DNA of 63,716 bases, the filler included, from Octopus bimaculoides (Eukaryota), in NCBI RefSeq assembly GCF_001194135.2. It is 4 parts of 3 records of this genome, joined end to end, with 100 filler letters (N's around TTAATTAATTAA, not from the genome) between each part and the next. Parts side by side here need not be neighbours in the genome. Positions count along the whole stretch, not along the records: positions 37,046 to 62,438 come from NC_068987.1; 3 more parts are not named here. One strand, written 5' to 3'. A program made the translations under genes and the position numbers. Numbering within the stretch: the stretch's first letter is position 1; each line of letters opens with the position of its first letter. Positions 45,370 through 58,336 of the stretch are shown here, piece by piece. A model generated the notes under the pieces. It made no database searches and was not told the DNA's origin. It saw nothing but the letters and a program-made list of their open reading frames with translations.

Positions 45370-46473
45370 GATGTTTGTATTAAATTCAGGATCGCCATCT
45401 GGTCGACTTGCAAAGTCAATCTTCCAAACTTCACTTGTCCGTGACGAAAAATATTCCTCCAGTACTGTTCTGACCTCGTCTACAGAGTTCATTCTTTTAC
45501 GGGCCAAATGATTTTGAAGACTGCAGAATACGTGATAATCAGTTGAGCAAATGCCCCTCGAATATGTTGGGTGGGGCATCGTTTCCCATTCAAACTACTT
45601 CAGCCGTTAGAATGTCACCCTCGCTGTATGTCGCCAGCCCTGATTTAAGACGCTCAAGCTGATCGCACTCCTTTGTTATCAGTTGGTTTGGGTCTAAAAG
45701 TTCAAAGTGAACTAATCCTTTCATATCCCACCAAAGAGATAACACCTTGCACGGCCGAAGGCCTTCTTTAGCCTGGGGTGCCGGCGTTTCACCTTTCGCT
45801 ACCAATTGTCTTCGACGCATGACATTTTTATAGAGAACCCCTTTCTCGTCACTATTAAGTCAAAAAAAAAGGTTCATTCGTGAGAAGTGACAGCAAAGAA
45901 GAGCACACATCCACTCTGTACGCACGATTATTTTCCGAAAGTTTGTGAGGAACCTATTGACCTAATTTGCTGACTTTTCCGATGGCAGTCAGTTGTCGAT
46001 AAATGGTTGAATGACCAAGTCGAAGCTTCTCTGCTAGTTCTTCAAAAGTAACGATGAGATTTTGTTCCATCAGGGTTTGCAAGATGTCCTCGTCAACCTC
46101 TACAGATCTTCCAGGCTGAGGCTCGTCTATTAGGCTGTAGTTTCTGACACGGAATTTGTGGAACAACCGTTGACACTGGGTTACGTTTATTGTCCGATCC
46201 TTATATTCTACATTAATATTCCTCGCACGTGTTGCCTCTATTGAGTTGATAAAGCAGAATATGCCGAATATTCTCCTTTGTCACTTACATTATAGCTTTG
46301 AAAAAATAACTGTTAAAATCGAAGCCCACTCTTCAAAACCGGCACTAACAATAAGGACAAGGTAAAATTAGTACCTGCTTTTATAGCAAGTTGATGCAGG
46401 TAGTTTATCCCGTCCTCCTCCGACTTTTAGTCCATGTAACTGAAAAATCCGCATTATTTATGAGATGACCCAA
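45370..46473 (-). mobile_element. mariner element with decayed transposase
   Basis: HIRHILLY, FHKF..RNYSL.DEPQPGR, GKVSKLGQ, KVLSLWWD.KG, HPTYSRGICSTDYHVF; TIR TA|TTGGGTCATCTCATAAATAATGCGG at the right end. Confidence 0.85.
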
Positions 46474-46739
46474 TAGTCTCTTTTGTTTGTGAACCCGAGT
46501 TCTACACAAGTCGCTCTTGTTACTCGTGTACTTTCAATGGCAAAAATACTTGGTGGGTCCTTATAACAAACGACGCCCTTATTTACAAAATGCAGGATAA
46601 TTAGGAATTAAAAAACCCCATAATTACTTACAAATCTTTTTATACACATATTTTCTTTTTCCTTTCCATCCCTTTTTTTTTTTGATGGGTTGGTTACGCA
46701 CAGAGTGCACTATATCGTTGTTAGATCGTATATGTAACT

Positions 46740-47505
46740 GGGCTCTTGGCAACATCCAGAATAAATAAACTTTCATCGTTTCACGGAGATTTGGAAGTCA
46801 ATCTGGTGATTGTTGTCGCGTGTGAATTAGACGTGGCTCAAGAACTGGGGTCAGACCTGGCAAATTGGACAGGTGAAAGTTTTGGCATTCCTCCAGATGA
46901 CAGATGTACATCGAATTTTAGAACACATAAAATGCAAATCTACCTTCGGGCAGATTGAGACATGCATAGACCAGCACCGTCTCCTCCGTGTTCGTTCCGA
47001 TTGGCGGTCAAACAGCAGCGCATGGGTCAATTCAGTACCCTCATCATTGACCAGTGCCCTTCTCGATGATGAGTGTACTCTTATCAGAGTAGCTCAACGC
47101 CTTGGTTTCTGCGTGTGTGAGTAGCATGAATGCCGTTGTGGAGCTTTAGTCGACAAATTCGGCCTGCATCCTTTATCCTGCTGCCATACGGTCGGCCGAT
47201 TCCTTCGTCATGCCACTCTGCACGATTTCATCAGAAGGCTGTCTTGCCAGTAATACTTGACACTGACCACGGAAGCCATAAGCGCCCCGACGGAATAACC
47301 CACTTCCCAAAAGGGGAAAAAAATTTCTAGTCTGGAACGCGACGTCCTGCGACATGTTCTCTGTCTGCTAACTCGCTGCTTCTATTGCACAGACACGTAT
47401 CGCTGCTTGCAATGCAGAGGAGAGGAGGTTAAAAAGGTCGGATCCTGACCAGCCGCTACGTGTTGTTTTCAGATCGCCGTCGAAACCTCAGTTGTTCGTT
47501 AAACA
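46740..47505 (+). pseudogene. CRE-like RLE non-LTR retrotransposon, C-terminal region
   Basis: SAWVNSVPSS...LLDDE, zinc knuckle [19 protein letters not shown]...GRFLRHA, RLE motif KRPDGIT...VWNATSCD, then AVETS. Confidence 0.8.
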
Positions 47506-48675
47506 CTGTACTGCCGATTTCCCCCGCAAAATCGGGGTAGAAGCAGCTCGTCTGAGAAAGTTTCCGTGGTCACGCCTTTGCTGTTACGCCTGCGAATGGA
47601 AAGTTTAATCCTTCATACTTTTAATCTTTTTCCTTTTATTTCTTTATTCTCTATTATTCCTTATTTATGCTTATTCATAGTCGTATATATTATTCAAGAA
47701 CAATATACTGCGGCGCAATTACGAAACGGTATTATACGAAAGTCATTTAATTTATAAAAATTGAAAATTTCAAAAGTGCTAGACTTCTTTTCTTCGCTGC
47801 AAAATTATCTGTACTTCTTTTCAAACAAATATTTAAACTGTGATTGTCAATCTAAAATAAAACAGAATAGAATAACCTTTTCTCCGAACACTTTGAAAAG
47901 GGGAGTCTTTACCGAAATGTGATACGAATATTAAATAGCAAATGTAAAAGAATACACTGTTTTCACTTTCTTTTCATTTATTACCATCACCTTGCGTATT
48001 TTCCTAATGTCTCTTACCTATTATTCAACTATTTTCTGAAAACATATCATTTAAACATTTAGTTATCATACTTACACATATACTTTTCTTGTTAATCCTC
48101 ACCTCAGCTTTCTAGATCAGAAGATAAACGACGTTGCAGTAACGTTTTTTTTTTTACATCAAGAGCAAACAAAAACTTACTCAGTATTCTTACTTTCTAT
48201 GTGATCTGAAGGATTGTACGTGAACTGAAAATATCTAGTTATTATTTCTAGCGCGTAAAACGAGCACATATAAAAGTCCTCGTTAGCTCGTACAATCATC
48301 TTATTATTACAGTGGTGAACATTATCATTGTCACAAACATGTGTGTAGGCCGTGGAGACTGCTAGTACAGATTATACGAGTTAAACTACATATCCTTCGA
48401 TTGGTTTTAGTGTACCATATCTACGCAGCTTTGTGTTGCCCTCCAATTATAAACTAGACCATTAGACTTCTCTTTGACAAATAAATAACTAATGAAGCTA
48501 TTGTCCACTAATATATTGTATATAATAATGAGCGAGATTGGAAAGAGATTACTAAAACCAGTCTGCTATAATATTATTTACAGTGCAGCGAAACGAAATA
48601 AATTATAGCTCTCCCTCAGACATCTTAATACGATATAAAATAAGCTTTTAGGATCATTCCATTTGTAAAAGTTTT

Positions 48676-48916
48676 CTTTTCTTCTTCTTCTCCTTCTTCT
48701 TCTTCTTCTTCTTCTTCTTCTTCTTCTTCTTCTTCGTCTTCTTCTTCTTCTTCTTCTTCTTCTTCTTCTTCTAATTATTATTATTCATCTTCTTCTTCCT
48801 CTTCTTCTTCTTCATCTTCCTCTTCTTCATCTTCTTCTTCTTCATCATCATCGTCTTCTTCTTCTTCTTCTGGTTCTTCCAAAGATAAAAAAATCACCAC
48901 CACCACCACCACCACC

Positions 48917-48947
<31 letters not shown>

Positions 48948-48957
48948 CCATCATCAC

Positions 48958-48992
<35 letters not shown>

Positions 48993-49058
48993 ATGTTGTT
49001 GTTATTGGTGATGATGATGGACTTGTTGCTATTGTCGCTGTTGTTGTTGTTATCATCA
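48676..49058. repeat. Compound trinucleotide microsatellite (CTT)n-(CAC)n-(CAT)n-(GTT)n
   Basis: Successive triplet runs seen directly. Confidence 0.95.
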
Positions 49059-49731
49059 TTGTAAATGTACCAAGCTGCATGATTCGTTAAAGGGTTGGGA
49101 AAATATCTTGAAACATCTATTCCGGCTCTTCTCGCTCGTTGTTCAAACCTCACCAAAGCCAAATCTGTACTCCGTAATTCCAAGGATCGAGAAATACATT
49201 ATGAAGGAAATACCGAGGTCCACAATATCGATTTACCCCACATTCAGCCCTGGAAATTCTTGCCCGCTGTGTGTAAGTCTAGAAAGCTTCATGTTGCTAT
49301 ACAGTCATGTGATGAGCACAGTTTTAGCTGCATCACACATTGATTGCCACAATAGTAGGATTTGGCGGGATCGTTGCAACGCTGTCTTCCAAACTTAATT
49401 AATTATAAGTTTGTTAAAAGAAATAAGCTTGCTACCAGAAATTTGCATAGCAGTCAAATACTTGGTACAAAGGGAAGAAACAGGTTCCTGTACTATCAGA
49501 ACTATATTATAAAGAATGGTGTTTTCAAAGAAAAAAAAAAACGAAGAGAAAGTTTAATTATTTGAGGAAAACGTGGAAATATGGCAGTGAGGCAGGTGTT
49601 ATTTTGATACTGGTACAAAGTCAGTTTTAGAAAAGTAAGGAATAGGCGAGTGTCCAGGACGTGTATATAGATATATACATAAATACAAACAGGCCTGGAT
49701 ACCTACCTACCTACATACATACATACATACA

Positions 49732-49761
<30 letters not shown>

Positions 49762-49765
<4 letters not shown>

Positions 49766-50069
49766 GGTACAGGAGTGGCTGTGTGGTAAGTAGATTGTTT
49801 ACGAACTACATGGTTCCGGGTTCAGTCCCACTGCGTGGCACTTTGGGCAAATGTCTTCTACAATTGTCTCGGGCCGACCAAACCCTCGTAAGTGGATTTG
49901 GTAGACGGAAACTGAAAGACGTCCGTCGTATATGTACGTATGTATATATATATATATNNNNNNNNNNNNNNNNNNNNNNNNNNNNNNNNNNNNNNNNNNN
50001 NNNNNNNNNNNNNNNNNNNNNNNNNNNNNNNNNNNNNNNNNNNNNNNNNNNNNNNNNNNNNNNNNNNNN

Positions 50070-50118
<49 letters not shown>

Positions 50119-50340
50119 ATGTGTGTGTGTATTTGTTTGCGTCTGTGTTTGTCCCCCCAACATCGCTTGACAACCGATGCTGGTGAGTTTACCTCCCCGT
50201 AACTTAGCGGTTCGGCAAAAGAGACTGATTGAATAAGTATTAGGCTTACAAACAATAAATCCTGGGATCGATTTGCTCGACTAAAGGCGGTGCTCCAGCA
50301 TGGCCACACTCGAATGACTGAAACAAGTAAAAGAGAAAAA
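49762..50340 (+). mobile_element. SINE family A, full-length, gap in the central microsatellite
   Basis: Head GGTACAGGAGTGGCTGTGTGGTAAG...GGGTTCAGTCCC and tail GACTGAAACAAGTAAAAGAG. Confidence 0.9.
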
Positions 50341-51282
50341 GAGAAAGAGTAAGAATATACACAAGTACATGTGCACTCACAGTTGAGTGTTTATGCCTCA
50401 TCTTTTAACACACATTTATACATGCATGCATACATGGAAGCTTACATACGTACGTAAGTATATAAGACAGTAGTGCACTTAGTTTCAGGTTACCAACGGA
50501 CCAGTGAATGATGAATAACATTTCTGACCATGGCTTGTTAACAAAATGCAGATCGAAGACGACTATTCCGTCCAGTCGGTGGTTTCAAACTTTTTCCGCA
50601 GCTACAACTTGGATATCTCTTCTCAAATATTCGCAATGCGGCAGCGTATCACTTGACATTGTGTACAAATAGATTTGACTTGAGAATATTAATTGAAAGA
50701 CAACTATTTTTTACATGATTGGTAGTTGTGTTTTTTGTTGTTCTTTGTTACTTTTCGGCTGGCGAACATTTATTATTAAGCTTACTTTTGCTTTTGTCCA
50801 TGTATGAGTGTCTCAAAAGATTAGACACAGAAAGGAAAACTCGGAAGATTTGGAAGTATTATTTATATTTACGATTATTCTTTGTGTCTCGTTTCAATAT
50901 AGCGTGTTTAATGCGATTCTATTCACAAAATATATGGATTTATGACAATAATTTCGCCACCATTATGACCTATCAATCGCTGTTATTTCCAAATTTCCAC
51001 TTGAACATTACTTTGTTTTTAGATCAGATTTATGGCAGTCTTTTTCAATCTTAAGTTTGATTTGTAGTAGCGTATTTTTACAGAACATATTTCTCCATAG
51101 AGTAGACTCTTTGGAACTATTTTATCTTCTGTACAATCTACATGGCCTGGCCAACTTGATCATCAGTAAGATCCTATACTACCTCTATGTTAGTATATAG
51201 ACTAAAAAGACGATCATATAACTGTTATCAAATGGTTTCTAAATTCTGTTTGCAGTTTTGTGAGTAAGGTATATATGTAGGC

Positions 51283-51690
51283 GCAAGCGTGGCTGTGTGG
51301 TAAGAGGGTTGCTTCCTAAGCACATGGTCCTGTGTTCAGTATAACTGCATGGTGCCTTCGGCAAGCTGTCTTCTGCTATAGCCTCAGGCCGGTCAAAATC
51401 TTGTGAGTGGATTTGGTAAATGGAGACTGAAAGAAATCCGTCGCATATATGTGTGTGTGTGTGTGTCTGTGTGTGTGTTTGACTCTCCCCGCCACCATCG
51501 CTTGACAACCAATACTGGTGTGTTTATCTTCCCTTAACTTAGCGGTTCGACAAAAGGGAACGACCCATAGAGTAAGTACAATGCTTACAAAGATTAAGTC
51601 TTGGTGTTGATTTATTCGACTAAAACTCCCTCAGGACGATGATCCAGCATTGCCGCAGTCAAATAACTGAAACAAATAAAAGAATAAAGA
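51283..51690 (+). mobile_element. SINE family A, full-length
   Basis: GGCGCAAGCGTGGCTGTGTGGTAAG head through CAGTCAAATAACTGAAACAAATAAAAGA tail. Confidence 0.9.
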
Positions 51691-52531
51691 AATATCGGTA
51701 TGTCAGTATGCGTGAGACGGATTGTGGTAAGAAGCTCTCAAGACATCTGAAGAGCAGGTCTTCAGAGTAGGAACCCACCTCAAGCAAGTGTTTCGGTCCC
51801 TAACTTCTGCAACCCATGGCCTGACCAATTACATACCAAGGGAGCTCCTCCACTATCTCAAAGTTATATAACGAAACAGACTAACATAAGTGAGACAGTA
51901 TTCAAAATTGTAATTTTGTCTCGGATATTCATGACTTCTAAATTCTGTTTGAAATTTCGTCAGTAAGGTTTATATATCGTTATATCTGTATGCGTGAGCG
52001 AGATTGTGGAATCTAATTCGAAAGGAATCAAAGCTTCAGAGGCCTGCAGTTAGACGTTATAAACAGTATGTAGAGACATAGAACCACGTAATTATTATAA
52101 AATGCTTAACTCTGTTGTTTCTGGGTAATTTTTATTGCAGTCGGTTTATGCTTTGAAGGCCTGATTCCAAATACGTAAACACACATAGGTTTCATTGTTG
52201 ATTGTTTCCTAGTTCCTCCTTTTTCTGCTGCAGCAGCTGAGTTGGTCGTTGTCATCGTTGCTGTTGCTATTGTCATAGTAGTTGTTGCTGTTGTTGTTGT
52301 TGATCTCAAATCTATTTTGTTACTTTTAAGAGAATTATTATCGGAAGTATTGAAATAGCGATCATTCATTTTTACTTTGTTTTTAGAAACAATAGTGTTG
52401 TTAGAACCGAAGATTTAATTAGTCTTAAGTTAATTTGTGCCATAGTATTCTTTCTCTAAATGAGACACTGGTGTCAGCATGAGAGAAACGACATCTAGGT
52501 GATTTATATTGCAGGTTAATTGACACCGTTA

Positions 52532-52910
52532 GGAGGCGCAATGGTCAGTGGTTAGGGCAGCAGACTAGCGGTCATAAGATCGCGGTTTCGATTCCCAGAC
52601 CGGGCATTGTGAGTGTTTATTGAGCGAAAACACCTAAAGCTCCACGAGGCTCCGGCAGGGGATGGTGGTGAACCCTGCTGTACTCCTCCGCCACAACTTT
52701 CTCTCACTCTTACTTCCTCTTTCTGTTGTGCCTGTAATTCAAAGGGTCAGCCTTGTCACACTGTGTCACGCTGCATATCTCCGAGAACTACGTTAAGGGT
52801 ACACGTGTCTGTGGAGTGCTCAGCCACTTGCACGTTAATTTTACGAGCAGGTTGTTCCGTTGATCGAATCAACTGGAACCTTCGACGTCGTAAGCGACGG
52901 AGTGCCAACA
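52532..52910 (+). mobile_element. SINE family D, full-length, tRNA-derived
   Basis: Head GGCGCAATGGTCAGTGGTTAGGGCAG...GGTTTCGATTCCCAGACCGGGC; ends CGACGGAGTGCCAACA; reverse copy at 57950. Confidence 0.9.
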
Positions 52911-53339
52911 ATATTATACAATACAATTGACAACATTAAAAAAACCTTCTCTGGCTCGTCTTCCCTTGGATTTAATTATGTAGGTTGTGATTTGATGGAG
53001 ATTTGGATATTTAGCTGTTACATGTAAGAAATTACGTACTTGCTGGCGCTGGTGGTATGCTACTTTGTCAAACATTATTGTTTGGAGATTACCTCTCAAA
53101 GACATGCCCTGAATTTTGAAAGCATGTGGTTTGGAAATATGGTAGACGGTTACATGTGGCACCTAATGCTGTGATCAAAGGAAGGAAATTATATTTCCAT
53201 TAGATGTTCAGTCCCTGTTACTGTCTGTCAATCGCAACTTCTAAAAGATATGTAGACGCCAAACTTTTTAAGTGACGAGAAATTGAATTTGAGTTCATAC
53301 GGGAAGGAACTGGAACAGATACAAAGAGGTCTCGTGTCT

Positions 53340-53480
53340 GACGCAACCTTCGATTGCTACCTTATTTACCGTCACCGAAACAATAAAAGGCAAAGTTGAA
53401 CTTCACCAGATTTGAAATTAAATTAGAACGTATAGTTTCGAAGATATTCAACAACGCATTCTAAACGACGCACTGACAAC
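53340..53480 (-). mobile_element. SINE family B, very old fragment
   Basis: AAAAGGCAAAGTTGAACTTCACCAGATTTGAA...AGAACGTA. Confidence 0.5.
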
Positions 53481-54329
53481 TCTTATATTTTGCTGATTAT
53501 ATGGTAAGAATAAAGGCCATCGATTCTTGGCTGTAGGCAGAATAATGCGATAGACAAACTACAAATCATCACAAGTTTTGCAAACGAAATCAAATTTTAA
53601 ATATTTGCAGTAGTTTTACAGGATCAATTCATATGGAAATCTATTGAAACTTAAAGACTAAACACTCTATGACTCAGAGCCCCATCCTATAGAAGAACAA
53701 ATTTTTAAAATTAACCTTAATATATCTAATGCAAGGTGCATTAAAGGTGTTTCGTATCTAATATTCTTCTCATTTGTTCGCAGAACAACTTCTAATCACT
53801 GCGATAGTCAGTATACCTTCTGGTGCATTTATTTAGTGAATCGCTAATCTCTGTTTCAGTGAATATTGCCAAATCTTTGCATTGTTGCTGCCATCGTGCA
53901 TGATATGAAGGAAAGGCATTCCTAGTTTTTTTTTTTTTTCTCACTCGTTCCGGAATCCTTAAAAGACTATCAATCACTGACTAATATACTTTCCCTTCGC
54001 CGTATCAGTATTTCTGATAAAGCGTTATCTTTACAATAAAACACATAGTTGTTCTGTTGAATGGCTATGCGATGCACGTGTTTCAATTCAGCAAACGATG
54101 TGTACAGGTGTTGGATGGAACAATTAAAAGAAATGCGATGAAGATTTTTCCTGCTCAGCTGACTTGCAAATCATGGAAAAGCTATCCATAGCAGGGACAA
54201 CAGAGGCAGAGATGTGTGAAGAACATGAAAAGATACATACATACATAGGTACATGAGTGTGGGTGCGTGTATCCATGTGTGTGTGTGATGTATGTATGTG
54301 TGTGTTTAAGCAAATAAATGTTCAAGTGT

Positions 54330-55100
54330 CATCTTATATGGCAATGAAGGTATATGTATAGATAAATATTGCACAGAAGAGAGATATCAAATGTGTATAT
54401 TGTTACATGGAAGAGAAATAAAAGATGTTGTTCTCAGAGTTTGGAAAGAAGTAAAATTTGTTGATGGAGAAATCAGAATGAATAGAGGAACACTGAAAGG
54501 TACATAAAAAGAAAACTAGAGGTATCAATACAAGAGACTGCATAGGAGATCAAAAGAAACGAACCGATGCTTAAGCAGTATCACGATAAAGCTGTACAAA
54601 ATGAATTCTTTCAGAGCTTAGATACAAAGAGCTACGGATGGTTAATCTAATTTAAATTCCAGTGAAACTTGTTCACTCATTGATATACAAGAAATGTTAG
54701 AAGCGAGGAAGTGAGAGAAATTGAGGTGGGAGGAAATATCATCGCAAGCTTGTAGCAAATTCTATACAAAACAGAAAAAAAACGACATTTTATTGTTGTT
54801 ATAGAAGATATAATATATTTGCTGGAAAGAACAATATTGGAAACATAACCGAACGGTTATGGGCTTAACAATAGCTCAGGCAAAACAAACAACATTCATT
54901 CGAAATAATCCCCTGTTATTTTAATTTTAAAGAATTATCACCGAACTCAAATTTGGATTATTGATGCAGTCTGTTCTAATGTAAAATACAGTTACCAAGA
55001 AATAGAATGCAGTTTGAGAAATTGATAACAGCCAGCATATAAAACACGACAAAATTAATACTACAACATCTATGACGTTTATTCACAGACGTTAGGTTCT
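54330..55100 (+). pseudogene. Decayed R4/Dong-like 3' (CCHC/RLE) region
   Basis: Faint remnants such as YWKHNRTV (cf. Y..RHN.V) and IWIIDAVC (cf. .IIDV..P); no continuous frame. Confidence 0.35.
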
Positions 55101-55199
55101 CATGGAAGCAAATCATATGAAGTACACGAATTGTCGTTTATCACGGGGGAGTGATATAAATAAATCAGCGATGATTGAATCATCCCCAAGCACATTGTA

Positions 55200-55878
55200 A
55201 ATGAAACGAGCGGTAGATTCGTACCACCAGCTTTCGTCACCAGTAATGACCTTCGAAAAAAGGTCAGAATCAATTTCCAACTGTTCCTTCAGTCCACGAT
55301 ATGCATTTAGTCATGACTACTTTTGATTTTCTGTGAGTAGGCGGGACACAAATTTTACTGCAACACTTTTCATTCGCAATTCCTTGCTCAAAATTCGTTG
55401 GCAGGGGTTCCAGGACACACCAGTCATATCAACAAGTTCGTGAATTGTTCGGTGACATTTCTCCACGATCAGTTCATAATTTTTTGTGATGTTTTCATTT
55501 GTTCGAGAGGTCGACGGTCTCTCTGAACGAGGTTGGTCTTCAAGCCACAAGTAGCCAATCGTAAAGTGTGAAAGCCACTCGTAAGCTTGAATTTTTCCTC
55601 ACGGCGAACGTACTTGTAAGTTCTTTCATAATAAGTGTTTCGGTCGCCGTTTTCTCCAGTAGAAAACAGAGATTCACGGAAGCATGCTGTTTCAGCCATC
55701 GCAATAATCTACGAACAGGGGAGGAGCACTACAAAACAAAGAAGCCCCACGTTGCAGTACGACATCACTCGACGACGCTGGTTGGCAGAGTAGTGCCTGA
55801 GGGTGACATCAAGTGGCTACTAGCAGCGAAGTTTCGACTGCAATAAACTTGTTCCGGTTACTTTTGGGTGCCTCCTTG
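55200..55878 (-). mobile_element. mariner element, irritans/Hsmar2-like, 5' half only
   Basis: LEDQPRSERPSTSRT.ENI, KSVAVKFVSRLLTENQK, KVITGDESW; TIR-like CAAGGAGGCACCCAAAAGTAACCGG at the right end. Confidence 0.8.
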
Positions 55879-57949
55879 TGCATATATATGTGTATGGGTG
55901 TAGAGAGAGAGTGTGGGGGAGAGAGAAATACATATATAGATAGATAGATATATGAATACATATATACATACATACATACATACATACATACATACATACA
56001 TACATACATAAATGGACAGAAAGACGGAATGAATCTCTTTCACTTAGGTGAGGTGAAGTATCTCACAAACGGAGATACAGTAATAATAGATATATAAAGG
56101 GAGGGAGAGAGACAAAGATACTGCGAAAGAGAAAGAGTGAGTGAAGAGAGACGGCGAGAAAAAGACATTTACTGATTTACAGAATAAATTATGTTTGACA
56201 GTAGAATAAGGAAGGGAGATGTGGTGGCAGAGGGGTGCTAAGGGCGATGAGTTTATATAAGGGCAAATTATTTACGTTCAGGTCGCCAGACGTTGTAAAT
56301 ACAAAGATAAGCACAAGATGTTAATAAGGAATAACGGAAGAAAAGTGAAGTCTGACGCACAGAGTGACGACAGATAATGTTATAAGCACACACAGGCATG
56401 CCCGCACACACACGCACACACATACCTACCATATCTAAGTCGTATGTGCGTAAATGTGTGTAACTGTGTTAAAACAGGATTCGTGTAATATGTGTATGTA
56501 GTGTTTATATTGTGATAATGTGAGCGTAATACACACACACACATACACGAATACAGATAGATATGTTTGTCTGGATGCATGTATGCTTGCATGAATTCCA
56601 ATGTATGCTTGTCTGTGTGCATGTGTGTGTATGTGCGTTCTGTATGTGTGTATGTGTATCTGTATGTGTATACAAAAAGGATGGGTGAGGGATGGGGCTA
56701 ATGGTGATAGATAATAAATATTACACATATACATGACATTTTGGAACACATCTTGTAATTTCAGGTGGCATGAATTATGATTACAGCAGTGGTAGTGATG
56801 GTAATGATGCTGCTTCTGTCGTCAGTATTGTTGTTGTTGTTGTTGTTGTTGTTGTCGTCATTGTTGCTAGTGTTGGTACTGGTGGTGGTGATAGCGGGAA
56901 GGCTCTTTGTTTGTGGCGGTGATGAAGTGATATTGTGACGATTGTGGTAGACTTTCTTTGCTAAATATCGTTTTCTAGTAATACGTTTATAGTGCTAGTG
57001 ATGTTACAGCAAATTAGGTTGATATCTACATAAAGCAAAATGACCTGAGATGGGATTCGCAAATGCTTACAGAGTAAAAATTAGAGAGAAAGTTATACAT
57101 GTGCATCTGGTGGGCCACAGTGGACTGTGTACGTAGATAGCTAGTTTAGAACGTAGACGTCTATGTAGCTGTGAGATATGTGTGTAGGGGGCCCCAGTGA
57201 AAAATAGTATAGTACAAGTTAATTATAGAAACATTTATCATATTCATTAAAAGGGAAAATCGTCGAAGGCAGCCGAGGGAAGGTTGAGAGACACATGCGA
57301 CCCAGGAAGCCGCAGTTGATAGCAGCTAATTTAGACGCTTCGTATAAATACCCTCGTCATTGTCTCTGGTCCCTGTGATTAATTTACCAAACGATTAAAT
57401 CAAGACTACCTGTGATGTGGGACTACTGGACAAAACAAATATTCAATTCTGGTGCTGACCAGCGCCCTCTGTCACGTTAGTGACATATATATTTCTAACT
57501 TTCGGTTGTAAGANNNNNNNNNNNNNNNNNNNNNNNNNNNNNNNNNNNNNNNNNNNNNNNNNNNNNNNNNNNNNNNNNNNNNNNNNNNNNNNNNNNNNNN
57601 NNNNNNNNNNNNNNNNNNNNNNNNNNNNNNNNNNNNNNTATATATATAGGGGCAGAGGGAAGAGAAGGGTATTTCGCAAAGTTTGCGCTCACAGTAGTGT
57701 CCAAAATATTGAAGTAGGTGCAAAGTGGATGGCATCCTTTGCACTGGTTTGTGGTACTGGTTTTTGTACTGGTTCTTAGTCTCGATGATGGTAACGGGGG
57801 GTCTGAATATAGTAGTTACTCTATACCAGCAAAGATAAAGTTGATCTATGACCAAAGACATTTACTGATATTTTTATATAACCATCAAGCGTTTTATATT
57901 GTAAAATCTTGTTGCGGAAGATATAGTAGTTATTGCTCGTAGGACATAG

Positions 57950-58336
57950 TTGTTCGTGGCACTCCGTCGCTTTCGACGACGAGGTTTTCAGTTGACCCGA
58001 TCAACGGAACAGCCTGCTTGGGAAATTAACATGCAAGTATCTGAGCACGCCACAGGCACGTGTACCCTTAACGTAGTTCTCGGGGGAGATTCAGCATGCC
58101 ACAGAGTGTGCTAAGGCTGACCCTTTGAAATACAGATACAACAGAAGCAGGAAGAAAGAATGAGAGAAAGTTGTGGTGAAAGAGTACAACAGGGTTCACC
58201 ACCACCCCCTGCCGGAGCCTCGTGGAGATTTAGGTGTTCTCACTCAATAAACACTCACAATGCTCGGCCTGCGAAGTGAAACCGCGATCCTACGACCGCG
58301 AGTCCACTGCCCTAACCACTGATCCATTGCGCCTCC
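57950..58336 (-). mobile_element. SINE family D, full-length
   Basis: Reverse-oriented match to 52532-52910. Confidence 0.9.

Noticed and set aside
45100-47505. Single CRE element split by a clean inversion
   Set aside because: The two pieces overlap by about 150 diverged nt, too much for a staggered breakpoint.
48781-49080. ORFs with poly-M/V/E or poly-D/G/R tracts resembling acidic or biomineral proteins
   Set aside because: Produced by a compound triplet microsatellite; only the unique part at 49060-49400 is kept as a finding.
50489-50680. Exon or short ORF MQIEDDYSVQSVVSNFFRSYNLDISSQIFAMRQRIT
   Set aside because: Only 36 codons, weak splice context and no recognisable family.
52532-52610. 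tRNA genes at SINE heads (also 14242, 49762, 58336, 61955)
   Set aside because: A/B boxes are present but cloverleaves are incomplete and they run into repeat bodies.
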